DNA of 60,227 nt, the filler included. It is 9 parts of 9 records of this genome, joined end to end, with 100 filler letters (N's around TTAATTAATTAA, not from the genome) between each part and the next. Parts side by side here need not be neighbours in the genome. Positions count along the whole stretch, not along the records: positions 5,361 to 13,137 come from SRR31147125_108767; positions 13,238 to 20,605 come from SRR31147125_108774; 7 more parts are not named here. One strand, written 5' to 3'. The translations under genes and the position numbers were made by a program. Shown here one piece after another: positions 9,590 to 18,817 of the stretch; positions within the stretch are counted from its first letter, which is position 1, and the number at the start of each line of letters is the position of its first letter. The notes beneath the pieces are model-generated. The model worked only from the letters and a program-made list of their open reading frames with translations, had not been told where the DNA came from and searched no databases.

Positions 9590-9811
9590 ATGATTGCGTT
9601 TCAAAATATGAGTAAATCCGAATTGGAAGCCAAGCTTTTGCAGCTTCAAGATCAGCTCGAGGAAGTTCTGGATGAAAAATCCTTGATAATTGGTCAGCAA
9701 AATGGTCATGTTTCCAGTAAATACATCTCGAAGCAGGCAGCTAAATTTGCAAAAGAAATTGAAGAACTCAACGAAAGCATTGCCAAGGTGCGACAACTTC
9801 TTGAGCCCTGA
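9590..9811 (+). CDS. Small coiled-coil hypothetical protein (73 aa)
   Basis: Purine-rich RBS-like AGGAAG, two amphipathic heptad helices. Confidence 0.7.
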   Translation: MIAFQNMSKSELEAKLLQLQDQLEEVLDEKSLIIGQQNGHVSSKYISKQAAKFAKEIEELNESIAKVRQLLEP

Positions 9812-9905
9812 CATTCAAGCAATTTGTAAGACATACGAACACCATTAGGATTAATAGAAGCTTTATCGTCCCAATCTTCTTTCGTATAAATACAGGTGCG
9901 TTTCA

Positions 9906-9934
9906 TTGTTTATTCAGACCGTTTGGGCTATAAT
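9906..9934 (+). promoter_or_regulatory. SigA-type promoter for fprA
   Basis: TTGTTT-N17-TATAAT. Confidence 0.5.
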
Positions 9935-9993
9935 ATTCGTAAGAAGCATTTGCTGCGCTCATGAGGCGTTTGTGTATGAGGAGGACAGCACCA

Positions 9994-11181
9994 ATGAGAA
10001 AAAAACTGAAAAGTAATGTTTATTGGGTCGGCAAGGTCGACTGGGAATTGCAGAGATTCCACGGAAATGAGTACTCCACGCATAACGGTTCAACGTATAA
10101 TTCCTATTTGATACAAGAAGAGAAAACCGTATTGATCGATTCGGTTTGGGCACCATACGCAGACGAATTCGTCAAGAACCTGAGTGATGAGATTGATTTA
10201 TCTGCCATTGATTATGTAATAGCAAATCATGGTGAAGTGGATCACAGCGGTGCACTTCCGGCGTTAATGAAGCATATACCCAATACGCCCGTTTATTGCA
10301 CAGCAAATGCCGTTAAATCACTGAAGGGGCAGTACCATCAGGATTGGGATTTCCATGTCATAAAAACAGGGGACAAGCTTGATATCGGCAACGGCAAGGA
10401 GCTTATATTTGTTGAGATGCCAATGCTCCATTGGCCAGACAGTATGGCGACCTATCTCACAAAAGACAATATACTGTTCAGTAACGATGCCTTCGGACAG
10501 CACATTGCGACAAATAGCTTATTTAATGATCTCGTTGATCAATGTGATTTAATGAACGAAGCGATGAAGTATTACGCTAATATTCTCACACCGTTCAGCA
10601 AGATATTGCAAAAGAAACTGGAAGAGGTCATTTCCTTTAACCTGCAGATTGATATGATCGCAACAAGTCATGGCGTCATCTGGCGTGATAACCCGATGCA
10701 GATTGTCGAAAAATACGCTCAATGGGCGAACGATTATCAGGAAAACCAGATCACGGTTGTTTATGACACAATGTGGAACGGCACCAGAGCCCTTGCCGAT
10801 AAGATAGCCGAAGGTATACGAGCAGCAGATCCAGATGTTGTGGTTAAGGTTTTTAATATCACGAAAACAGACGAAAACGACGTCATAACCGAGGTTTTTA
10901 AGTCAAAGACGATTGTCGTCGGCTCGCCCACAAACTCAAGAAGCATTTTGCATGCTCTCGCAGGCTTCATTCATTTGATAAAGGAACTTAAATTCCAGAA
11001 TAAGAAGGCTACCGCGTTCGGATGTTATGGCTGGAGCGGCGAAGCGGTTGGAGTTATAAACGGTATGCTCAAAGATGCTGGGTTTACAATTATAAACGAT
11101 GGCTTTAAAAGCCAATGGAATCCTGACGAGGAGGCAAAGCAACGCGCATTTGAATTTGGTAAAATAATTGCCGCTGAGTAA
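9994..11181 (+). CDS. fprA: Flavodiiron protein (FprA type; NO/O2 reductase)
   Basis: NHGEVDHSG, LHWPDS, SNDAFGQH, SHG diiron motifs; flavodoxin YDTMWNGT, FGCYGWSGEA; GAGGAGG RBS. Confidence 0.93.
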   Translation: MRKKLKSNVYWVGKVDWELQRFHGNEYSTHNGSTYNSYLIQEEKTVLIDSVWAPYADEFVKNLSDEIDLSAIDYVIANHGEVDHSGALPALMKHIPNTPVYCTANAVKSLKGQYHQDWDFHVIKTGDKLDIGNGKELIFVEMPMLHWPDSMATYLTKDNILFSNDAFGQHIATNSLFNDLVDQCDLMNEAMKYYANILTPFSKILQKKLEEVISFNLQIDMIATSHGVIWRDNPMQIVEKYAQWANDYQENQITVVYDTMWNGTRALADKIAEGIRAADPDVVVKVFNITKTDENDVITEVFKSKTIVVGSPTNSRSILHALAGFIHLIKELKFQNKKATAFGCYGWSGEAVGVINGMLKDAGFTIINDGFKSQWNPDEEAKQRAFEFGKIIAAE

Positions 11182-11226
11182 AATCGAAACTGACGATATC
11201 TATTGAATAATAATAAAAAATGAACA

Positions 11227-11264
11227 TCACCCCACCGGCGTGCGTTTTAATACCGGTGGGGTGA
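11227..11264. terminator. Inverted repeat between fprA and the RACo-like gene
   Basis: TCACCCCACCGG-N14-CCGGTGGGGTGA; no U tract on the plus strand. Confidence 0.45.
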
Positions 11265-11296
11265 AAAACTGATATTATCAAACAAAGGATCAAAAT

Positions 11297-12853
11297 ATGC
11301 TGAAATCCATATCCAGAAAGATATATATGGAACTCCACCCACCGGGAGATGGGGATATTGTTGCTGATAAAGATAGAATCGTCCGCGCACTGAAGAACGA
11401 TTTCGGAGATGTCGTCATAAGTCTGCATACCTTCAGAAGGCACTATTTGCTTCTAAGGGATTCTGACTGGAAGTTAACCGTCTCAATGGTTATGAAAGGA
11501 CACGAATGGGAAATCGTTCGGATTGAGGCGGGGGACACAAGAGATAGAAATTACGGATATGCTGTTGATCTCGGCAGCACGACCATTATCATGCAGCTTG
11601 TTGATCTGAACGACGGCAATATTCTCGGTCAGGAAAGTATGTTCAATGCACAGAAAAAATATGGCGACGAAATCCTCAGCCGAATATTCTACGTTAAGGA
11701 TCATCCAGAACGGTTGAGCGAAATACAGGATTGTACACTCGAAAATTTCAGGCAACTCATGGACAAACTTCATAAGCAAACAGGAGTAGATAAGACAGAG
11801 TGCGCTATTATGGCTGTTGCCGGAAATACGACGATGATTCATTTCTTGCTTGGTTTTGATCCCTGGTGCATCTTCCACACACCGTACGCACCGGCATTTA
11901 ACAGCTGCGGCTTTATACCGTCAGAGGCGCTGAAGCTGCCGTTTTACGGGCTGGTCTATTGTCTGCCGTCAGTCGCTAATTATGTCGGCGGCGATATTAT
12001 TGGTGGTCTTCTTGCTTCTGAGCTTTACCTTAATGATGAGATATCATTATTTATGGATATTGGCACTAACGGTGAAATGATACTAGGGAATAAAGATTTT
12101 TTGTTATCGGCGGCTGGTGCGGCGGGTCCAGCATTAGAGGGCGGTATCAGCAAGCAGGGAATGCAAGCGAAAAGCGGAGCTGTAGATTCTGTTAGCATTC
12201 ATGCCAACAAGCTCACTCTTACAACAATTGGTAGCACTCTTCCAATAGGTATCTGTGGCTCTGGAATAGTGGATCTACTTGCCGAAATGCTACTGGAGGG
12301 CTGGATTGATTCTTCGGGCGCCTTTCTGCCGGGTAAATCTGACCGAATTGTGAAACGTGAAGATGATTACGCCGTCGTCTATGCATGGCGTGAAGAGTCA
12401 GGCTCTGACGAGGAGCTGATATTCACACAAAGGGACATATTCAGCTATATGGACACAAAAGCTGCTGCGAATACTATGGTAACGTACTTATTCGAAGCGT
12501 CCGGCGTAGGTATCAATGACATCAAACACCTTTATCTGGCAGGTGCATTCGGGACGTATATAAACTTGGAATCAGCAATAACGATCGGGCTTTATCCAGA
12601 TCTGCCAAGGGACCGATTTGTGATTCTGGGTAATGGCTCCTTAAAAGGTGCATATCAGCTGCTCGTTAATGCTGAGCTTTACGGTACAGCTGAGAATATC
12701 ATTGAACGAATCGATTACTTATCACTCGGTGAAGCGCCTGATTTCCTTACAAAAATGTATGCAGCAAAATTCTTGCCGCATACAGACATCAAATTATACC
12801 CGTCTGTAGAGGAAAAATTAAGACAAAGGAGGATGACAACACGACCTAAATAG
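11297..12853 (+). CDS. ASKHA-type ATP-dependent corrinoid reductive activator (RACo/DUF4445 family) lacking the N-terminal [2Fe-2S] domain
   Basis: AVDLGSTT, AGNTTM, DIGTNGE, AAGPALEG, GICGSG, LAGAFG; no ferredoxin Cys motif at the N-terminus. Confidence 0.88.
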   Translation: MLKSISRKIYMELHPPGDGDIVADKDRIVRALKNDFGDVVISLHTFRRHYLLLRDSDWKLTVSMVMKGHEWEIVRIEAGDTRDRNYGYAVDLGSTTIIMQLVDLNDGNILGQESMFNAQKKYGDEILSRIFYVKDHPERLSEIQDCTLENFRQLMDKLHKQTGVDKTECAIMAVAGNTTMIHFLLGFDPWCIFHTPYAPAFNSCGFIPSEALKLPFYGLVYCLPSVANYVGGDIIGGLLASELYLNDEISLFMDIGTNGEMILGNKDFLLSAAGAAGPALEGGISKQGMQAKSGAVDSVSIHANKLTLTTIGSTLPIGICGSGIVDLLAEMLLEGWIDSSGAFLPGKSDRIVKREDDYAVVYAWREESGSDEELIFTQRDIFSYMDTKAAANTMVTYLFEASGVGINDIKHLYLAGAFGTYINLESAITIGLYPDLPRDRFVILGNGSLKGAYQLLVNAELYGTAENIIERIDYLSLGEAPDFLTKMYAAKFLPHTDIKLYPSVEEKLRQRRMTTRPK

Positions 12854-12927
12854 TGCTATATTGTACTTGTAGGAAGTCGTCGTTTTACTGCTGTTTATAT
12901 GCGCGTATATAAATGTTGGAGGCTTAT

Positions 12928-13092
12928 GTGAAAAAATACAGATGTGTTCCATGCGACTATATCTATGATCCGGCACATGGTGATCCTGAGGGTAATATTG
13001 ATCCCGGCACAGCGTTTGAGGATTTGCCGGACGATTGGGTTTGCCCTCTTTGCTACGTAGGTAAAGAAGAATTCGAACCTGTAGAAGAATAG
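12928..13092 (+). CDS. Rubredoxin (54 aa, below ORF-track cutoff)
   Basis: GTG start after [20 protein letters not shown]...[13 protein letters not shown]. Confidence 0.95.
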   Translation: MKKYRCVPCDYIYDPAHGDPEGNIDPGTAFEDLPDDWVCPLCYVGKEEFEPVEE

Positions 13093-13107
13093 AAAAGGAG
13101 ACTAAAT

Positions 13108-13137
13108 ATGAGTATGTTTTGTTTTCAATGTCAGGAA
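13108..13137 (+). CDS. hcp: Hybrid cluster protein, first 10 codons only
   Basis: AAGGAG RBS; MSMFCFQCQE is the characteristic Hcp N-terminus. Confidence 0.8.
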
Positions 13138-13237
13138 NNNNNNNNNNNNNNNNNNNNNNNNNNNNNNNNNNNNNNNNNNNNTTAATTAATTAANNNNNNN
13201 NNNNNNNNNNNNNNNNNNNNNNNNNNNNNNNNNNNNN
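13138..13237. other. Artificial contig spacer
   Basis: N run with TTAATTAATTAA. Confidence 0.99.
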
Positions 13238-13245
13238 AGACCAAT

Positions 13246-13320
13246 TTAGAAAATCCGGTTGTTTTTTCGTAGATATTCCATAGGTGTCAGGTTGCCCAAA
13301 GACTCATGTGGTCTCTCTGA
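13246..13320 (-). mobile_element. IS3-family transposase C-terminal remnant
   Basis: SERPHESLGNLTPMEYLRKNNRIF*, the RPH.SLG..TP.EY motif. Confidence 0.75.
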
Positions 13321-13322
13321 CT

Positions 13323-13678
13323 TCAGTTAACGTATTGAATATATAGAAACTCAGGATGTTCGAATTGCCTGGTAATTCCCATGCTGACAGACAAGTCCAG
13401 AGGTCCAATAAATAAGACATCGATACCGTCGACAGAGACAATTTCTTCGATATTGCCCAGAGCCTCTACCGTTTCAATTTGGACAATGGTCAGGAGATTC
13501 TCATTTGCCAGGCGAAAATATTCATCGAAATTCTTTCCGGGGGATAGCGCATCGCCTTAGCAGCAAACCGAGCCTCTTCAGGCGTGTTCACATACGGTAC
13601 CATCACCCCAACCGCTCCAAGGTCGAGAACACGTTTAAAAAGCTATAGTTCATTCCATGCTATGCGAACCACTAAAAG
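13323..13678 (-). pseudogene. HpcH/HpaI aldolase family pseudogene fragment
   Basis: [37 protein letters not shown], frame change, then IVQIETVEALGNIEEIVSVDGIDVLFIGPLDLS; internal TAG and missing GxRG segment. Confidence 0.82.
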
Positions 13679-14308
13679 AATGTCACATTCTAGATTATCA
13701 AGAGATTTTATCTCTTTTGAAGTCAATTCTTTGGATCTTACGTTCTGCCTATGAATCATCAAAATTAAAACAATATTTAGAGTTAGAAGACCAAGGACGA
13801 TCAACGCATCACCCCATATGCCGAGACCAACTATTCCATGATAACCGTGAATCATTATTCTCTTTACTTGATCAGTTTGATAAGCAATCACTTATTGAGA
13901 TTCTGAATTGGAATTAACCAGAATTGTCTTCAAATAGGTCGTTTCTCTTATCCTTTAGGATGAGCGCCATAATTCTATCTGTTAATTCATATTGGGGCTG
14001 TTTGAGGTGAATCTTTTTCAATTCAGAAATTATGGGATTCTCCCCTGGGCTCAGTTTCTCCTCTTCATCGTTGCTAATTCCAGGTTAAAAACCGTTTTCA
14101 GGATCATGCATGTGCTAGCCCTCTATCGAGTAGAAATAACCAATGATCTGCAAGAGTGAGAATTCAGTAACTCCTTAACGTTCCACTTACTCCACCACCC
14201 CCTCCCGATGGCCTTGCCCCTTCAGGTCTCTTCATAGAGAAATTCAACAGCTCTGTGATTTGGGCAAGCTGGTCATCATTAAGAAAATCACCAACCTGCT
14301 CTATCGTT

Positions 14309-17300
14309 CTATCCCTGCCATCCTATTGAAGGTGTACCTTCCTGCTCCATCTGAGTTTGAGAAAAACTAAACACACGCAGCAGATTCCTTATATCGTCAG
14401 TAATCAGCACGAGACTGGGAATGAGAATCAGGATAATTACCGTGGAGAACAGGATGCCGAACCCGAGGGACAACGCCATGGGAATCATGAAGCGGGCCTG
14501 GATCGACGTTTCGAATATCATCGGCGCTAGACCGCCGAAGGTGGTCAGCGTGGTCAGTATGATGGGGCGAAACCGCCGTTTCGCGGCGCTGTGGATCGAT
14601 TCGTAAACACCAAGGCCTTTGGCCGTCTGCTTGTTGGCATAATCGATGAGTACGAGGGAGTCATTTACCAGTACACCGGACAGTGCGACGATTCCCATCA
14701 GGCTCGTCAAGCTCAAATTATACCCCATGACGAGATGGCCGAGTACCGCGCCGACAATGCCAAACGGTATCGCACTCATCACAATCAACGGTTGCACATA
14801 GCTTTTGAACGGTACCGCCAGCAGGAAGTAGATAATCAGCAACGCACCGATCAGCCCGATCATCAATTTCTGGACGCTTTCCTGAATATCCGCCTGCCGT
14901 CCCTGATATCCGTAGGTCAACCCGGGATATTTGTCCGCCAGTGCCGGCAGCAGTTCATTATCCAGCGCCGCCTTGACGATGCCGGTTTCACCGATGGGAT
15001 TTACGTCGGCACCCACCGTAACGGCCCGTCTGCCGTCTCTGCGCTGGATTTTCGAGTATGCCCGGCCCCGTTCCATATCGGCGACATAGCTCAGCGGTAC
15101 GTATTCTCCGCCGGGAGCCTGGATCAACATGCTTTCGACATCGTATTCGCTCAAGCGCTCGTCTTCGGGCAATCTGACCCGGACGGTGACTTCATTGCGG
15201 CCGCGCTGCTGCTTCAGGGCTTCAACACCCTGAAAATAATTACGCACCTGGGACGCAATGGAAGCGGACGTAAATCCGAGGCTCTTGCCTTCGGGCGTAA
15301 TACTGAAATCAAGCTGTTCCTTGCCGGGGTTGACTCCGTCGTCAACATCCGTGATCTGGCTGAATTCACTCAGTTGTCCGGCCAGATCGGCACTCGCCGT
15401 ATCCAGCGTATCGATATCCCGGTGAGACAGCTCCACGGAAAGCGATTTACCGCGTCCCGGCCCGCCAAAGTCGGATTCGAAGCGAAGCGACTCGACGCCC
15501 GTTAGCAGTCCGGTCTCCTTCCGCCATAAAGCGCTCACTTCACGGGTCGATATCGGCCGGATATCAGGATCGAAGAGAAAGGCCACCACCTGAACTTCGT
15601 TATCGTTTATGCGTGTAAAAACATCGGTTACCAGCTCCTGTTCTTCGAACCGGTCCATCACGCGCTTCAGCGATCCGACCAGTTTCTTCTCTACATCCTC
15701 CGTTTTTTCCATTGGAGTTCCATACGGCAGTGTAACGGTGGCCACCGCGAAATCAGATTCAACCCGCTCCATCAAAATCATGCCGATGCGGCCGCTGAAC
15801 ACATATCCGGCAATGGCCAGCAGTATCGCCAGCCCAGTCGCCACGGTCAAATAGCGATAATGCAGAATACGGTGCAGGATCGGCCCGTATATTTTATCGA
15901 TGAACACGGTCAGCCCCTTGCCGACGCGCTGTTGCTGCCGGCCCAGAAACCGTAAAATCGGGTTTCTCGTATCACCTTTTGAGTGAGCGAGGTGGGCGGG
16001 AAGGATAAACAGCGATTCGACCCACGAAACCAGGAACACGACGATGACCACGATCGAGACCACTCCCCAGACGCTGCCCATGGGCCCCGGAACCAGAAGA
16101 ATTGGGAAAAATGCTGCCACGTTGGTCAGGATTGAAAACGTTATCGGAACCGCTACATCCCGAGCCCCGTGGATCGCCGCATCGAGACGGTTCGGATATT
16201 TGCTGCGGAATTCATAGATATTTTCTCCGGCGATAATCGCATCATCGACAACGATACCAAGCGCAACGATGAACGCGAACATCGAAATCATGTTGATGGA
16301 AACATCATACCCCGGAAGCAGCAGCAGACATCCCATAAATGAAATCGGGATGCCAATGGTTACCCAGAAGGCGAGTTTGAATTCCAAGAAGAGACCGAGC
16401 AGAAGCAGAACCAGGGCGAGGCCGATCGTCGCATTCTTCAACAACAGATCGAGCCGCTGCTGATACGCCTCGGACTGATCCCTGCTGATTTTGTATTCGA
16501 TGCCGGGAGGCAGCTCCTCTTCCAGTTCAGCCATCGCCGCCCGCACCGCGGTCGAAACACCGACCGGGGTTTCGTCCCCGATACGGTAGACATCAAGTGA
16601 TATGGACGGTTTGCCGTTGAACGATACGGCCTGATCGCTGTCCTCGAACCCTTCGCTCACTACCGCAAGATCATCGAGATACAGGATCGTGCCGTCATCG
16701 CCTGATATAATCGGTATCATGGCAAACTCAGCAGCCCAGTCACGCCGGTCTTTGACCCTGAGCAGGATCTTTTTGCTGTCCGTCTTGATTTCTCCGCCGG
16801 GAATCTCAACCGACGCGTTCTTGATTGCAGCGGCCACGTCGGCAATACTCAAACCATGCGCACGCAGGCGATCCTGGCTGATCTCCACGTGGATCTCGAG
16901 ATTTTTTTCACCAACGATACTGACCTGGGAGACATCCTCCTGCAGAAGCAATCGGTCCCGCACCTGCTCGCCCAGCTCGCGCAGCACCAGATCGGACGCA
17001 TCGCCGTACAGACTGACCTGGAGTACATCTCGTTTTCTGGAGTTGAGTGACACAACAGGTTCCTCGGCATCGTCGGGAAATGTTTTGATTCGATCAATTT
17101 CCTGATTGATATCCTGCAGTACTTTCTGGGGATCCGCATCGTCGAGCAGTTCCGCGGTAACATTGCCGGACCCCTCGGAGGCGGTCGACGATATTTCATC
17201 GATTCCCTCGATGGACTTGATGGCCTCCTCAACAACTAGAACAATCCCCTGTTCAACTTCCTCGGGGCTTGAACCGGAATAGGATACGGAAATCGTAATC

Positions 17301-17455
17301 ATATTCATGTCGAATTCCGGAAACACTTCCTTTTTAATCGTATTGGCACTGTACAGCCCGCCAACCAGCAGAAACACCATAATCAGGTTAGCCGTAACCG
17401 GGTTGCGGGCCATCCACGCAATCGGCCCTTTTACGGATGCGATTTCGTTACTCAT
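14309..17455 (-). CDS. RND (AcrB family) efflux transporter
   Basis: Full length; GIVVDDAII, GVLVNDSLVL, RRFRPIILTTLTT; start MSNEIASV. Confidence 0.95.
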   Translation of the reverse strand: MSNEIASVKGPIAWMARNPVTANLIMVFLLVGGLYSANTIKKEVFPEFDMNMITISVSYSGSSPEEVEQGIVLVVEEAIKSIEGIDEISSTASEGSGNVTAELLDDADPQKVLQDINQEIDRIKTFPDDAEEPVVSLNSRKRDVLQVSLYGDASDLVLRELGEQVRDRLLLQEDVSQVSIVGEKNLEIHVEISQDRLRAHGLSIADVAAAIKNASVEIPGGEIKTDSKKILLRVKDRRDWAAEFAMIPIISGDDGTILYLDDLAVVSEGFEDSDQAVSFNGKPSISLDVYRIGDETPVGVSTAVRAAMAELEEELPPGIEYKISRDQSEAYQQRLDLLLKNATIGLALVLLLLGLFLEFKLAFWVTIGIPISFMGCLLLLPGYDVSINMISMFAFIVALGIVVDDAIIAGENIYEFRSKYPNRLDAAIHGARDVAVPITFSILTNVAAFFPILLVPGPMGSVWGVVSIVVIVVFLVSWVESLFILPAHLAHSKGDTRNPILRFLGRQQQRVGKGLTVFIDKIYGPILHRILHYRYLTVATGLAILLAIAGYVFSGRIGMILMERVESDFAVATVTLPYGTPMEKTEDVEKKLVGSLKRVMDRFEEQELVTDVFTRINDNEVQVVAFLFDPDIRPISTREVSALWRKETGLLTGVESLRFESDFGGPGRGKSLSVELSHRDIDTLDTASADLAGQLSEFSQITDVDDGVNPGKEQLDFSITPEGKSLGFTSASIASQVRNYFQGVEALKQQRGRNEVTVRVRLPEDERLSEYDVESMLIQAPGGEYVPLSYVADMERGRAYSKIQRRDGRRAVTVGADVNPIGETGIVKAALDNELLPALADKYPGLTYGYQGRQADIQESVQKLMIGLIGALLIIYFLLAVPFKSYVQPLIVMSAIPFGIVGAVLGHLVMGYNLSLTSLMGIVALSGVLVNDSLVLIDYANKQTAKGLGVYESIHSAAKRRFRPIILTTLTTFGGLAPMIFETSIQARFMIPMALSLGFGILFSTVIILILIPSLVLITDDIRNLLRVFSFSQTQMEQEGTPSIGWQG

Positions 17456-18797
17456 TGTCAGGTCCTCCGCCCATCGGGTGCTGCGGCCTCTTTCCATCTT
17501 TCATCGCAACTGCATTTTCCGGGCGCCCCTGCCTCATACCGCGATTGTCTCCACCGCTGTTCATGGTTTTCAGGGCCAATCCCTCGACCGGCGTGGAAAT
17601 ATCGGAGGTAACGATTTTGCCGCCGTCGTCGATTCCGGCTGTAACCAGTACATTGTCACGATTCCTGAAGCCGACCGTTACGTCGCGGATAGCCAGTTTA
17701 CCCGTTTCATCGTACACCCAGATCTGGTTGCCGTTGCGCAGGTATTCACGCGGCAGGGCGACGGCTTGTCCAATCGATTTGCCTTCGATCTCAACCCGTA
17801 CGTAGGAATCGATCATGACCTGCGGCCTGCTTTCATTTTCTGCGGTAAACGACAACGGATCATCCACCTCAATGAGCAGCCGGGCCATCCGTCCCTGGGT
17901 TTCCAGGCCCGGCAGCAGGCGGATCAGGCGTCCTTCGCGCCACGTATCTTCACCCCACGCCGCCGTGTTGAAAATCTTGACAGTACTACCTTGGTCTTCC
18001 GGTCCCGCCGGCACCTTCAACCACTGCAGTTGTTCCTCCGGGACGGATACTTCAACCCAGTAGGTGTCGGACCCGACCAGCGTTGCCAGTACAGACGAAG
18101 AGGAAACCCACGTACCGATGTTTACGTTTAAATCCTGTACAATCCCGTTGTACGGTGCACTGACCGTTGTTCTGGCAAGGTTGAGTTCGGCCTGCTCTTT
18201 TTTGGCCTGCGCGATGGAGAGTTTGGTCTGCAGCGTACTGAGCTGGGGCTGACGCAGCATCAACCGCTTTTCCGCCTCGCTCACCTGTTCGTTCAACAGG
18301 TCATATTCCCGTTTCACAACAAGCTGGTTACCCGTTTCGATATCCAGGTTGTTCTGCGCTTCAACCACCTCATTTTCCTGCTGTGCCAGCGTCAGGCGAT
18401 AATCGGATGGGTCCAGTTGAAGGAGCGTGTCGCCTTCCGCGAATTGACCGCCGGGAATAAGCTGATCGCTGATTGACAGAACCTGGCCGCTGACCTGCGG
18501 CTTTAATTCGATCGTTTGCGCTGGTTTGACGATTCCCATCGCCTGAATCACGGTTGGATGCGCTCCGTATTTCACTGTCGTCGTGTCGACCATAACCCCT
18601 TTTGTTTGCATCGGTCTCTGCCGTGCCTGCGGTCCTGTTTGAAGAAGGTGAATCGTGATAAGTATTCCGACCGCTAATGCGACAAAAGGCAAGATATAGC
18701 GCACAACGATATCGAGAGCAGCCTTGAGAATATGCCCCTTGTCGTGTGATCCCTGATTCATCGTCGGCATCATCTGGTTTTGTGATGTATTGCTCAT
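17448..18797 (-). CDS. RND periplasmic adaptor (MFP)
   Basis: N-terminal TM, LKPQVSGQV, LARTTVSAPYNG. Confidence 0.93.
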   Translation of the reverse strand: MSNTSQNQMMPTMNQGSHDKGHILKAALDIVVRYILPFVALAVGILITIHLLQTGPQARQRPMQTKGVMVDTTTVKYGAHPTVIQAMGIVKPAQTIELKPQVSGQVLSISDQLIPGGQFAEGDTLLQLDPSDYRLTLAQQENEVVEAQNNLDIETGNQLVVKREYDLLNEQVSEAEKRLMLRQPQLSTLQTKLSIAQAKKEQAELNLARTTVSAPYNGIVQDLNVNIGTWVSSSSVLATLVGSDTYWVEVSVPEEQLQWLKVPAGPEDQGSTVKIFNTAAWGEDTWREGRLIRLLPGLETQGRMARLLIEVDDPLSFTAENESRPQVMIDSYVRVEIEGKSIGQAVALPREYLRNGNQIWVYDETGKLAIRDVTVGFRNRDNVLVTAGIDDGGKIVTSDISTPVEGLALKTMNSGGDNRGMRQGRPENAVAMKDGKRPQHPMGGGPDNE

Positions 18798-18817
18798 GTT
18801 GGTTCTCTCCCCGATAA

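Noticed and set aside
13643-13645. In-frame TAG in the aldolase as pyrrolysine or readthrough
   Set aside because: The gene also has an internal deletion and lacks both ends; ordinary decay.
3642-17455. Two related RND pumps as a duplicated locus
   Set aside because: They are on different contigs and only similar at family level.
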